This document shows, piece after piece, positions 36,413 to 46,101 of a stretch of DNA of 54,582 bases. Within the stretch, counting starts at the first letter, position 1. The number at the start of each line of letters is the position of its first letter. The notes beneath the pieces are model-generated. The model worked only from the letters and a program-made list of their open reading frames with translations. It made no database searches and had not been told where the DNA came from. This DNA is from Archangiaceae bacterium (GTDB taxonomy: Bacteria > Myxococcota > Myxococcia > Myxococcales > Myxococcaceae): assembly GCA_043750125.1 (NCBI GenBank), contig JAYVCD010000069.1, forward strand, positions 1-54,582, written 5' to 3'. The position numbers and the translations under genes were made by a program.

Positions 36413-37534
36413 TTGAAGCTTCCCCTTGCCATCGCACTGGCCTGCATCGTCTCGGCGACGGCTGGAATCCTGGTGATGGCCCCCCAGACGATCGATTCCG
36501 GCGGCGCCGAAGATCAGCCGAAGGTGGCCCTGGTCCGCGCGCTCAACCATTGGGATTCCGCCTGGTACGCGACCATCGCGCAGCGCGGCTACTACTACCG
36601 GGGGCCCTTCGAGCAGAGCCCGGTGGCCTTCTTTCCGGGGTACGCGCTGGCGCTGCGCCCCCTGATGGCGATCGGAATAAACCTCTACGTCGCGGGCGAA
36701 TTGGTCACGTTGTTGTGCGGCCTGGGCGCCTTGTTTCTTTTGCTGCGATGGGAAGCGAAGGTCCGGACCCGCCAGAAGCTTCCCCCCGGCACGACGGGAA
36801 CCGTGGCGCTCACCCTCTACCCCTTCGCTTTCTACCTCTACGGAGTGATGTACAGCGACGCGCTGTACCTGCTGCTGGCCGTCGCCGCGTTCGTCAACCT
36901 CGAGGACGATCGCCCCGCGGTCGCCGCGGTGTTCGGAGCCCTCGCCACCGCCTGCCGCCCGATCGCCCCCGCCTTGATGGTCGGGTTGTTGGTGCGCAGC
37001 CTCGAGCTGAGGTTGCGCGCGGGCCAGAAAATCCGGCTCGTGGACCTGCTCCCCGCCTTGGCCGGCCTCGGGTTCGCCGGGTACATGTTCTACCTGTGGC
37101 TCGCCTTCGGTGACCCGCTCGCCTTCGCTCACGTCCAGGCGGCCGCGGGGTGGGACCAGCCTCCGGGCCTGGCGACCTGGGCCAAGTTTGAATGGTTCCG
37201 GGTGATGTTCCCCCGGGTGGCGCCGATCGTCGCGGTGCGCCTGGCCGGTCACGCGCTCGCCACGCTCGTCTGCCTCGCGCTCGTCATCCCCACCTGGAAG
37301 AAGCTGGGGCCCGGCTACGGGCTGTACTGTCTGATCGCGATTGGCTTGCCCGCCCTCTCGAGCAAAGACTTCATGGGCCTGGGTCGGTACGCGATCGCAG
37401 CCTTCCCGATTTTTCTCGGGCTGGGCCTGCTGCTCGAACAACGGCCGCGGGTGCGAGCGGTGTGGCTCACTGCCAGCGCGGCGATCCTGGTGGTCCTCGC
37501 TTTCAACTTTGGCGGCGGCTCGTACGTGTCATGA
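36413..37534 (+). CDS. Polytopic GT-C glycosyltransferase (PIG-V/mannosyltransferase-like)
   Basis: HWDSAWYATIAQRGY...AFFPGY...YSDALYL...RP motifs; many TM helices; start uncertain. Confidence 0.8.
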   Translation: MKLPLAIALACIVSATAGILVMAPQTIDSGGAEDQPKVALVRALNHWDSAWYATIAQRGYYYRGPFEQSPVAFFPGYALALRPLMAIGINLYVAGELVTLLCGLGALFLLLRWEAKVRTRQKLPPGTTGTVALTLYPFAFYLYGVMYSDALYLLLAVAAFVNLEDDRPAVAAVFGALATACRPIAPALMVGLLVRSLELRLRAGQKIRLVDLLPALAGLGFAGYMFYLWLAFGDPLAFAHVQAAAGWDQPPGLATWAKFEWFRVMFPRVAPIVAVRLAGHALATLVCLALVIPTWKKLGPGYGLYCLIAIGLPALSSKDFMGLGRYAIAAFPIFLGLGLLLEQRPRVRAVWLTASAAILVVLAFNFGGGSYVS

Positions 37535-38169
37535 ATCCCTTCGCCCTCTTCGAGCCGCTGGCCCTGAGCGAAAGGCTCTTCGTTCGCGGCCGAAATTTCA
37601 CCGCGCCGCTCGAGCAGGTGGCGCGCCGGGCTCCCGAAGAAGGACGCATCGCCGACATCGGCTGCGGGCACGGACTGCTCAGCGCGTGGCTCGTTTGCGA
37701 TCACCCCGCCCGACAGGTCTTCGGCGTGGATCCGGATCCCCGGAAGATTCAGTGGGCACGCGCTTCGGTGGGCCAACAGGCCAACGCCCGTTTCGAAGTC
37801 GGGACCTCGCGCACGCTGCCCGAAAAGAGCTTCGAGGCGGTGGTGGTCGCAGACGTCCTCTACCTGCTGCCGCCCGAGCAATGGCCGGCGTTTTTCGCCG
37901 ACTGTCGCCGTGCGCTGGTTCCCGGCGGAAAGTTGCTGCTCAAAGAAACCGAAGACGACGGAAGCTGGCGCTATTTCAAGTGCCTCGCCCAGGAACAGCT
38001 GATGGTCCGCGTGTTGCGCCGCACCCGCAGCAGTGGATCTCTTCGCTTGATGCCGCGCAGCTTCACCGTCTCTTTGCTCGAGCAGGCCGGCTTCGATGTG
38101 CGCGAAGTGGTGACGATGTCGCATGGGTACTCCACTCCGCATGTGCTCTTCGTTTGCGATTCCGGTTAA
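37531..38169 (+). CDS. Class I SAM-dependent methyltransferase
   Basis: IADIGCGHG, GVDPD, LVPGGKLL; ATGA overlap with the GT-C gene. Confidence 0.88.
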   Translation: MNPFALFEPLALSERLFVRGRNFTAPLEQVARRAPEEGRIADIGCGHGLLSAWLVCDHPARQVFGVDPDPRKIQWARASVGQQANARFEVGTSRTLPEKSFEAVVVADVLYLLPPEQWPAFFADCRRALVPGGKLLLKETEDDGSWRYFKCLAQEQLMVRVLRRTRSSGSLRLMPRSFTVSLLEQAGFDVREVVTMSHGYSTPHVLFVCDSG

Positions 38170-38243
38170 GGTCGCCCGGTTCGGTCGCAGTCAAAGGGTG
38201 CCGTCCGGCAGGTCGCCGGAAATTTCGTCGGAGCCCCTTGCTT

Positions 38244-40808
38244 ATGAAGCGCGCGATCTTGATCTCTTTTCTCAGTGCCTTTGTTTCCGCCTGTTCTTGC
38301 GGCGGTCCAATTCCGATTCCCTGCAGCACCAATGCTGAATGCGGCACGGGCTCGAGCTGCGTCAGCGGCAAGTGCACCGGCGGCAAGGGCGGCAGTGGCG
38401 GCAACAACGGGGTCGGCGGGAGCAGCGGCACCGGAGGCAGCAGCGGCACCGGTGGAGGCAACATCTCGGTCGGCTGCAACCCCACCGCCGCCGACAACGC
38501 CTCGCGAGACACCGACTGCGACGGGCTGTCGGACCTCGAGGAATACAACACGCTCTACACGGGCAACAACAAGACCGACCCCTGCAACAACGACAGCGAT
38601 GGCGATGGAATTCGCGACGGGGTCGAGATGGGTCGCACCACGACGATGAACGCGGCGTGCGGAACCCGATTTCAGGCCGACGCCGATCCTTCGACCCGTT
38701 CGGATCCCACCAACACCGACAGCGACGGTGACACGATCAAGGACGGGGACGAAGACAAGAACAAGGACGGCAAGGTCGACCCCGGTGAGTCCAACCCGAT
38801 TCGCAAAGACAGCGATTGCGATGGAATCTCGGACCCCCAGGAAATCGCCGGAACGCTGGGCTGCGTCACCGACCCGCTGAAGCTCGACAGCGACGGGGAC
38901 GGTCTGCCCGACGGGTTGGAAGAAGGGCTGCAGATGCCCGGCGCTGATCCCGTGGTCTGCAAGTACACCGCGGTGGTCTTCGACACCGACCCCACCACCA
39001 AGACCTCGGCCTGCAACCCCGACACCGATGGCGATGGGATCCAGGACGGAGCCGAAGATGGAAATCACAACGGGAAGGTCGACCCGGGTGAGCTGGACCC
39101 CAAGTTGGCCACCGACGGTACGGGGCCTGCCCAGGCCGCGTGCGCCACTGCCAACTTGAAGCCCGTCGTCTTCCAGTCTTCGGGCCTGGGCGACGTGCAG
39201 GTCGCGTTGACTCCCGGCTACAGCGAGGTCGGTCGACTGACCGAGACCGGTGAAAAGGGTCTCATCTTCTATGACCCCACGACCAAGATCGCAGGGCTCG
39301 TCTTCTCGAAGGCGCCCAACGGCGCCGACGCCACGGCGGAAGAGCAGTTTGGTCGCGGGAAAATCTCGGCGACCGGAGCCGTCAGCGGCCAAATCACCCA
39401 GACCTTCACCACCTGGGACGGGTTTGCCCAGTCGGTGCGCGCCACCTACGACAGCGCCGGCACCGCCGACGTAAAAACCCGGATCAACGACATCGCCAAG
39501 GCGTTCCTCGGGGCGAACACGATGGGGTTGTTGCCCGGAACCGCGGGCGCCGTCGGGCCCTACAAGATCCAGGCAGAGTACGTGCGTCGCACCGCCACCC
39601 GCGCGGTGGTGTTGGTAGCCCTCGTGCCCGCCGGCAGCTACACCGGGCAAAACGTCTTCCAGCTCGACGACACCGCCGGCGGCTCGGCGCTGGCTCAGTT
39701 CGGGGATTACACCGCAACCACCTGCGAAGTGTTCCTGTCGGAAATCAACGCGAAGGTCGACTTCATGTGGGTCGTGGACGACAGCGGTTCGATGCAGGCG
39801 TACCAGGCGGCAGTCGGCAATGCCTCGAGCGTGTTCGCGACCAAGCTGGCCACCGCCGGCCTCGACTGGCGCGCCGGCGGCCTGAGCACCTCCAACTACA
39901 ATCAGACCTGCACTCCCGGAACGAGCCCGTTTTGCTACCGGTCTTTCACCGGCACCGCGGCCACGATGCTGACCTGGTTCGCCCAGGGCGGCGGCTCGGC
40001 GAATTGGTTTGGAATTACCGGCAACGGCGATGAGCGCGCGCTGCAGTCGTTTCAAACGTACATGCCGACGTTGTTGCCCAAGACCCAGGACGCGACGCTC
40101 AACAAGATCCGCGAGGGCACAGCGCTGCACGTCATTCACCTGGGCGATGCCGACGATCAGAGCACGACTCCGATCGCCGACATGATTGCCTTTTTCAACA
40201 ACTACGACGGCGCCGGGTCGAAGGCCGTTCTTCACGGCATCGTCTGCCCGCAGGGCGTGGGCCCCAATGGCTGTGGTGAGACTCAGGCCGTTCCGCGCCG
40301 AAACCTGGCGGTGATCGCCGCCACCGGCGGAATCCTGGGGGACATCAATACCGCGAAAGTCGTGGGCAGCACGCAGCTCGCCGCCACCATCGACGCGATC
40401 CTCGCTTCGGCGATCGGCGGAACCGGCCACCAGTTGCTCAAGCCGCCGATTTCTTCGACCATCAAGATTGCGATCGAGACCGGAGGGACCAAGGGCACCT
40501 GCAACACCGCCGACATTCCGCGCGATCGAGCCAACGGCTACGACTTCGACTCGGCCAGCCGCCGCATCGTCTTCTTCGGCAACTGCATTCCCAGCGCGAC
40601 GGGGAAGAAAGTGGCCGTCAGCTACCGGTACTGGCTCGACGCCACCCCGGACCCGAACGGCGACCCGTGCGGAGGCGCCTGCATGGGCGGCAAGGTCTGC
40701 GATCCCAACACCAAGTCCTGCGTCTGCCCGGCGCTGTGCGGCGGGGTCTGCCTCGCCGGCACGCTCTGCGATATTGCCAGCTGCACCTGCGGGCCCGGGA
40801 TCAACTAA
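38244..40808 (+). CDS. cglD: CglD-like adhesin lipoprotein (Ca-binding DxDxDG repeats + vWA + Cys-rich ends)
   Basis: Lipobox FVSA-CSC; six D(T/S)DxDG repeats; DFMWVVDDSGSM MIDAS; SYRYW then Cys-rich tail. Architecture matches myxobacterial CglD; orthology not tested. Confidence 0.72.
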   Translation: MKRAILISFLSAFVSACSCGGPIPIPCSTNAECGTGSSCVSGKCTGGKGGSGGNNGVGGSSGTGGSSGTGGGNISVGCNPTAADNASRDTDCDGLSDLEEYNTLYTGNNKTDPCNNDSDGDGIRDGVEMGRTTTMNAACGTRFQADADPSTRSDPTNTDSDGDTIKDGDEDKNKDGKVDPGESNPIRKDSDCDGISDPQEIAGTLGCVTDPLKLDSDGDGLPDGLEEGLQMPGADPVVCKYTAVVFDTDPTTKTSACNPDTDGDGIQDGAEDGNHNGKVDPGELDPKLATDGTGPAQAACATANLKPVVFQSSGLGDVQVALTPGYSEVGRLTETGEKGLIFYDPTTKIAGLVFSKAPNGADATAEEQFGRGKISATGAVSGQITQTFTTWDGFAQSVRATYDSAGTADVKTRINDIAKAFLGANTMGLLPGTAGAVGPYKIQAEYVRRTATRAVVLVALVPAGSYTGQNVFQLDDTAGGSALAQFGDYTATTCEVFLSEINAKVDFMWVVDDSGSMQAYQAAVGNASSVFATKLATAGLDWRAGGLSTSNYNQTCTPGTSPFCYRSFTGTAATMLTWFAQGGGSANWFGITGNGDERALQSFQTYMPTLLPKTQDATLNKIREGTALHVIHLGDADDQSTTPIADMIAFFNNYDGAGSKAVLHGIVCPQGVGPNGCGETQAVPRRNLAVIAATGGILGDINTAKVVGSTQLAATIDAILASAIGGTGHQLLKPPISSTIKIAIETGGTKGTCNTADIPRDRANGYDFDSASRRIVFFGNCIPSATGKKVAVSYRYWLDATPDPNGDPCGGACMGGKVCDPNTKSCVCPALCGGVCLAGTLCDIASCTCGPGIN

Positions 40809-40827
40809 GGCCCGCGGTCGACGTGGG

Positions 40828-40993
40828 TAGCAGGCTGCTGAAAAAGTCGCTCCCGTCGCTGGAACGGCGATCTCCGTCGCCGGGCGTCGTCAGAATCCCT
40901 TGGAATACTGACGAGTATTCCGTCGGGCTTCTTCCTCGCGCGGCTCGAAGCTCGTCGTTCGAGCTCGGTCCGGACTTATTCAGCAACCTGCTA
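40828..40993. mobile_element. Miniature inverted-repeat element (MITE-like)
   Basis: Ends TAGCAGGCTGCTGAAAAAGTC and GACTTATTCAGCAACCTGCTA are 19/21 inverted; central GGAATACT-gacg-AGTATTCC hairpin; no transposase. Confidence 0.75.
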
Positions 40994-41809
40994 GAGCTGG
41001 GCGAAAGAGCACAGCTCGATTCCGCGGTCTTTGATCAGCGACCGGACCCGCGGGCTGCAGACCGCGGCGAACTCGTTTTCCCACTCGTAGCGCCAGTGCG
41101 GATCTTCCGACACCACGCCCGGTGACAGCCCGGGGTGGCAGACGATCTCGTGCTCGCCCTGATCCAGCTGGGACACCAGGCGCAACAGCCGCCGCTCGTT
41201 GAGCGCTCCTGATTCGAAGATCCCGTGAGACGTGATGCGCCTTGCCTGTCCCTCGGGGCGGGCCCGGGCCAACCCGAACAGCAGCGCCGATTTCATCGCG
41301 GCCATCGGTCGCAGCACCCACCGCAGACTGGGAGTGCCATAGGGCCAGCGCAGCGGAACCCCCAGCTCGATCGCCAACCCTTCGACCAGCCGACGCATCC
41401 CCGGCAGCAGGTGCAGGTGCTGGTGGGTGTCGAGGTGATCGATCTCGACTCCGAGGCTTCGCACCCGGTTCACCTGCGCGCGAAATTCGTGGACCACCTC
41501 TTCGGCCGGCACCAGTTGGCCAATCCACGCGGTGGCAAACTCGGCCCAGTCCTTTCGAAACCGGCCGCCCGGCGCCAGCCAGCGCACATCGGCCGCGGCA
41601 GCCGCCGGAGCCAGATGGGTCGTCACGCACAGGTGCACCCCCAGCGCGAGCTTCTGGGCCCGGGCCCGCGCCACCGCCTCGGACACATTCGAGCCCGTCG
41701 CCAGGACCGTGGCCGACGTGACGATGCCTTCCGCGTGGGCCCTCAGGATTCCCTCGTCGATGCGAGGGTGCAGCCCCAGATCGTCGGCGTTGACGACGAG
41801 CTTGATCAC
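40991..41809 (-). CDS. YdjC/ChbG/HpnK-family carbohydrate deacetylase
   Basis: VNADDLG, GVHL, HLDTHQHLH, EIVCHPG. Confidence 0.9.
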   Translation of the reverse strand: MIKLVVNADDLGLHPRIDEGILRAHAEGIVTSATVLATGSNVSEAVARARAQKLALGVHLCVTTHLAPAAAAADVRWLAPGGRFRKDWAEFATAWIGQLVPAEEVVHEFRAQVNRVRSLGVEIDHLDTHQHLHLLPGMRRLVEGLAIELGVPLRWPYGTPSLRWVLRPMAAMKSALLFGLARARPEGQARRITSHGIFESGALNERRLLRLVSQLDQGEHEIVCHPGLSPGVVSEDPHWRYEWENEFAAVCSPRVRSLIKDRGIELCSFAQL

Positions 41810-42588
41810 CGGCCTCCCACCGCCTTGCGCCCGCCAATCTGCTTGACCTGCGGGGGCAAGCGCACCGGTCGCACCGGCTCGGAAGGCCGCTTCACGTCCG
41901 AATAGAGCCCGACCAGTTCCTTCACCATCTTCGCGATCACCCTCGGTGTCGCGAGGGTCGAAACGCCCCGGGTGCGGGGGAAATAGTCGACGCCCATCTG
42001 GAAGACCCGAAAGCCCTTCTTGATCGCCTTCACCACCAACTCAGCGTCGATGAAGCTGCCTTCGCTCTTCAGCTCGATGCTCTCGAGCACCCGGCGGTGC
42101 ATCACCTTGAAGCTGAAGTTGATGTCTTTGATCTGCACCCCGAACAGGCTGCGAATCAGCGTGTTGTAGACATAGGAGTAGACGATTCGCTTCGGGCCTT
42201 CGGACGTTCGATCGAACCGGAAGGCGCAGATCATGTCTGCCTCGAGGTAGTCGATCAGGTGAAGGGCGCGCTCGAGCTCGTTGAGATCGAACGGCAGGTC
42301 CATGTCGGAATAGACGACGATGTCTTTGGTCGAGTGGGTGAAGCCGGTCTTCATCGCTCCGCCCAGCTTGAGGTTCGTCTCGTGGTTGATCAGCCGAACC
42401 TGCGGGTGCTTTCGGGTCAGCGCCTCTGAGATTTCCCGGGTGCGATCCGTGCTCGCGTCATTGACGATGATGATTTCCCAATCGTCGCTCAGGCGGGTGA
42501 GGACGGTGATCGCGCGGGTGACGGCGCGCTCGACACAGTCTTCCTCGTTCCAGGCAGGGAAGAAGAGGCTCAAGCTTGGGCGGGCCAT
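41806..42588 (-). CDS. GT2 polyprenyl-phosphate glycosyltransferase (DPM1/ArnC-like)
   Basis: FPAWNEE, IVNDASTD, DMD (DxD), DINFSFK, PRTRGVS; no C-terminal TM helices. Confidence 0.88.
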   Translation of the reverse strand: MARPSLSLFFPAWNEEDCVERAVTRAITVLTRLSDDWEIIIVNDASTDRTREISEALTRKHPQVRLINHETNLKLGGAMKTGFTHSTKDIVVYSDMDLPFDLNELERALHLIDYLEADMICAFRFDRTSEGPKRIVYSYVYNTLIRSLFGVQIKDINFSFKVMHRRVLESIELKSEGSFIDAELVVKAIKKGFRVFQMGVDYFPRTRGVSTLATPRVIAKMVKELVGLYSDVKRPSEPVRPVRLPPQVKQIGGRKAVGGR

Positions 42589-42974
42589 GGGTTCCCAGGG
42601 CAGTTAGCACGCGGGGTGGCTCCGCTGTAGGCCTGGAAACTGCGCGCGGGGGTGGAAACTGGCGGTGACAGGTGGGAGGCCCGCAACTCCATCGAACCAT
42701 TGCGCGCTACGCGTGGCCTCGGGCTTGAAGAAGGGGAACACCATGATTGCTCCGCTCCCCAAACCATGAACGCCAGCGCCCCATCATCTGTTTTTCTGCA
42801 ACACCCAGCCGATGGGAAAGGGCGTGCCGAACGCGTCTCGCCGTCTTCTCGTCGTAAGCCATTGCGCGTCAGCCTCTTCCGTCGATCGACCCACTTCACC
42901 AGTCCTGCAGAGATGCTCATAATCGATTTTGCGAGTTTGCCCCCCCAGGGCCGAATTCCGTTAAAGAGCCGACC

Positions 42975-43880
42975 ATGCGGCAGTGGTCGGCTCTCTTCAT
43001 GGGGAATCCTTCGCTCGTCGGGGCACAGCTGCCTGCGGCCCTCGAGCGCCTGGGCGCCCGGGTGCAGAGCGCGCTGACCCTGGTCGAAGTCATTGCGCTG
43101 GGCCGTTCGTCCATTCCCGACGTGGTGGTGATCGACTTGCGGCAGGTCGGGCCGGCAGGGTGGACGGCGCTGAAGCGACTGAAGGAGCTCATCGGTCGCC
43201 GTCATCTTCCGGTGATGATCATCACCGTCGGCGACGATTCGGCCGAGCGGGTGGCCGCCCTCGAGGCCGGAGCCGACGAAGCCTTCAGCACGCCGATTGC
43301 CCCCGCCGAGCTGGCGCTGCGGGTCGCGGCCGGCGCGCGCATGCGCCAGCACGTCGACGGCTTGCTCGAAGAGATGTTGGTGCTCGGCGAGCTGTCACTG
43401 ACCGACGCGCTGACCGGGGTCCCCAACCGCCGCAGCTTTCAAGATCGCCTCGCCGACGAGTTTCGGCGGGCCCAGCGGTACGATGACCCGCTGGCGCTGG
43501 TGCTGCTCGACCTCGATCACTTCAAGATTATCAACGACACCTTTGGTCACCCCGAAGGAGACGCCGTCCTTCGCGAGGTCGCCGAGCGCCTGCGACACTG
43601 CGTGCGAGAGACCGACTTCATCGCGCGGTACGGGGGGGAAGAGTTTGCGCTGCTGTTGCCCAAGACGATGCTCAGCGGAGCGCTCACCGTCGCCGAGCGG
43701 GTCCGACGCAGCCTGACCTCGCTCGAGGTCCACACCCAGCACGTCACCGCGTCACTGGGGATTTCGATCTTTCCCCACCAGACCATCACGTCTCCCGATG
43801 CGCTGGTTCGCACCGCAGATGACGCGCTGTACACCGCGAAGCGCGAAGGCCGGAACAAGGTCGCGCTCGCGCCGAACTGA
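42975..43880 (+). CDS. Diguanylate cyclase with atypical N-terminal receiver
   Basis: DALTGVPNRR, DLDHFKIINDTFGH, I-site RETD, RYGGEEF. Confidence 0.92.
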   Translation: MRQWSALFMGNPSLVGAQLPAALERLGARVQSALTLVEVIALGRSSIPDVVVIDLRQVGPAGWTALKRLKELIGRRHLPVMIITVGDDSAERVAALEAGADEAFSTPIAPAELALRVAAGARMRQHVDGLLEEMLVLGELSLTDALTGVPNRRSFQDRLADEFRRAQRYDDPLALVLLDLDHFKIINDTFGHPEGDAVLREVAERLRHCVRETDFIARYGGEEFALLLPKTMLSGALTVAERVRRSLTSLEVHTQHVTASLGISIFPHQTITSPDALVRTADDALYTAKREGRNKVALAPN

Positions 43881-43890
43881 AAAAGGGCAG

Positions 43891-45219
43891 CTACCCGTCT
43901 TCTCCCGGCTCTTTGGGGATCTTCGCTTTTCGAAACGCTGCAATCCGTTCCGCGAGCACCTTCTCTTCGCCCGACTGCGAGGGTTGGTAGAACTGCTCTT
44001 TGCGAAGCCCCTCGGGAAGGTAGGTCTCGCCCGGGACCACGTGGCCTTCGAAGTCGTGCGGGTAGTGGTAACCCGAGCCGTAGCCCAACGACTTCATCAG
44101 CCGGGTCGGCGCGTTGCGCAGGTGCAGCGGCACCGGCAGGGGACCTTGCTTCATCACCGCTTCCTTCACCCGCGCGTAGGTGGTCAGCGCGGTATTCGCC
44201 TTGGGAGCCATCGCCAGGTACGAGACCGCCTGGGTCATCGCGAAGATGCCTTCGGGCAGGCCAATCAGCTCGATCGCCTGCAAGGCGTTCACCGCCACCT
44301 GCAGCGCGCGGGGGTCGGCGTTGCCCACGTCTTCACTGGCGAAGATCACCATTCGCCGCAAAACGAAACGCACGTCCTCGCCGGCCTCGAGCATTCGCGC
44401 CATCCAGTAGACGGCGGCGTCGGGGTCCGAGCCGCGCATCGACTTGATGAACGCCGAGACCACATTGAAGTGCTCTTCCCCCGACTGGTCGTAGAGCAGG
44501 GTGCGCTGCTGCACGGCCTCTTCGGCGCACTTCGGGTCGATGTGCGCCCCCCCGAGCTGCGCGGCCACTTCGAGCGCGGTGATCGCCCGTCGTGCGTCGC
44601 CTGCCGCCATCTGAGCGAGGAACGCCATCGCTGCGTCGTCGATCGTCACCTTCCCGTTCAGCCCGCGCGGGTCGTCGAGCGCACGCCGCATCACCCGCTT
44701 CAGCTCGTCCTCTTCGAGCCCCCGCAGCGTGACCACCCGCATTCGCGACAGCAGCGAGGCGTTCACCTCGAATGACGGGTTCTCGGTCGTCGCTCCCAAC
44801 AGCGTGACGGTGCCCTTCTCGACGTGCGGCAGCAGCGCGTCTTGCTGGGCTTTGTTGAACCGGTGGATTTCGTCGACGAAGAGCAGGGTGCGCTTGCGGT
44901 GAAGTTTCCAGCGCTCTTCGGCCTCGGCCATGATCTCGCGCAGCTCTTTGACCCCGGCCAGCACCGCGCTGACCTGGCTGAAGTGGGCGCCGGTCGAACG
45001 GGCGATGACCCGCGCCAGGGTCGTCTTCCCCGTGCCCGGAGGCCCCCAGAAAATCAGCGATGGGATGTGGTCGGTCTCGATCGCGCGCTTGAGAATTTTC
45101 CCCTCGCCGGTCAGGTGCTCCTGCCCGACGAACTCTTCGAGAGTGACAGGGCGCATCCGCTCGGCCAGAGGGGCGCGCCGGGCCGAGTCGTCTTCGGCCG
45201 CCTTGTCGAACAGATCCAC
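43891..45219 (-). CDS. rarA: Replication-associated recombination protein A (RarA/MgsA)
   Basis: PLAERMRP, GPPGTGKT, DEIHRFNKAQQD, ATTENP, SEDVGNADP, YPHD. Confidence 0.95.
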   Translation of the reverse strand: MDLFDKAAEDDSARRAPLAERMRPVTLEEFVGQEHLTGEGKILKRAIETDHIPSLIFWGPPGTGKTTLARVIARSTGAHFSQVSAVLAGVKELREIMAEAEERWKLHRKRTLLFVDEIHRFNKAQQDALLPHVEKGTVTLLGATTENPSFEVNASLLSRMRVVTLRGLEEDELKRVMRRALDDPRGLNGKVTIDDAAMAFLAQMAAGDARRAITALEVAAQLGGAHIDPKCAEEAVQQRTLLYDQSGEEHFNVVSAFIKSMRGSDPDAAVYWMARMLEAGEDVRFVLRRMVIFASEDVGNADPRALQVAVNALQAIELIGLPEGIFAMTQAVSYLAMAPKANTALTTYARVKEAVMKQGPLPVPLHLRNAPTRLMKSLGYGSGYHYPHDFEGHVVPGETYLPEGLRKEQFYQPSQSGEEKVLAERIAAFRKAKIPKEPGEDG

Positions 45220-45255
45220 CGGGGTTACTTAACGCGGCCTGATACAACCGCGCGC

Positions 45256-46101
45256 GTGAAGACGATCGCACTGGTCGCACGGCGTGGAAAACCCGAAGCG
45301 GTGACGCTGGCCAGTGAGCTCAAGCTGCTGCACCCGACGCTCGAGTTTCTGGCCGAGGACCACCTGGCCGAGGCCCTGGGGTGGCCGATCACCCCCGGCG
45401 CTGAGCTCGGAGCGCGCGCCGAATTGATGGTCGTCCTCGGCGGCGACGGTACCTTGATTCAGGCCGCCCGCATCTTGAAGGGCAGGGCGGTGCCGATCCT
45501 CGGGATCAACCTGGGCTCGCTTGGGTTCATGACCGAAATTCCCAAGGCCGAGTCGTTGAGCGCGTTCGCCGAAGCGCTGACCGGAAAGGCCCGCATCGAT
45601 TCGCGCATGAAGCTGTCTTGTCGGATGTACCGCGACGGGAAGTTGGTCGTGGAAGACGAAGTCCTCAACGACGTGGTGATCAACAAGAGCGCGCTGGCCC
45701 GCATCGCTGATCACGAAACGTGGCTCGACGATTCCTTCGTCGCGCTCTTCAAGTCCGACGGAATGATCTTCGCCACCCCCACCGGCTCGACCGCCTATTC
45801 CCTTTCGGCAGGGGGCCCGATCGTTCACCCGCTGATCGATTGCGTGATCGTCACTCCCATTTGTCCGCACGCGCTGACCCAGCGCCCGATCGTGGTTCCC
45901 GCGGATCAGGTGGTTCGCACCGTGCTGACCAGTGAAGGCATCGACGCCTACCTGACCATCGATGGCCAGCAAGGCCACCCTCTGAAGACCGGCGATCGGG
46001 TCGAAGTGACGAAGTCCAAAAATCGGGTGCTATTGGTGCGCAACAACCGCCTCGATTATTTCGGAGTGTTGCGCCAGAAGCTGCACTGGGGCACGCGATG
46101 A
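45256..46101 (+). CDS. nadK: NAD(+) kinase
   Basis: LGGDGT, GINLGSLGF, LND, TPTGSTAYSLSAGG. Confidence 0.94.
   Translation: MKTIALVARRGKPEAVTLASELKLLHPTLEFLAEDHLAEALGWPITPGAELGARAELMVVLGGDGTLIQAARILKGRAVPILGINLGSLGFMTEIPKAESLSAFAEALTGKARIDSRMKLSCRMYRDGKLVVEDEVLNDVVINKSALARIADHETWLDDSFVALFKSDGMIFATPTGSTAYSLSAGGPIVHPLIDCVIVTPICPHALTQRPIVVPADQVVRTVLTSEGIDAYLTIDGQQGHPLKTGDRVEVTKSKNRVLLVRNNRLDYFGVLRQKLHWGTR

Noticed and set aside
37341..38243. N-terminal extension of the CglD-like ORF
   Set aside because: It overlaps the GT-C and methyltransferase genes; the signal peptide begins at 38244.
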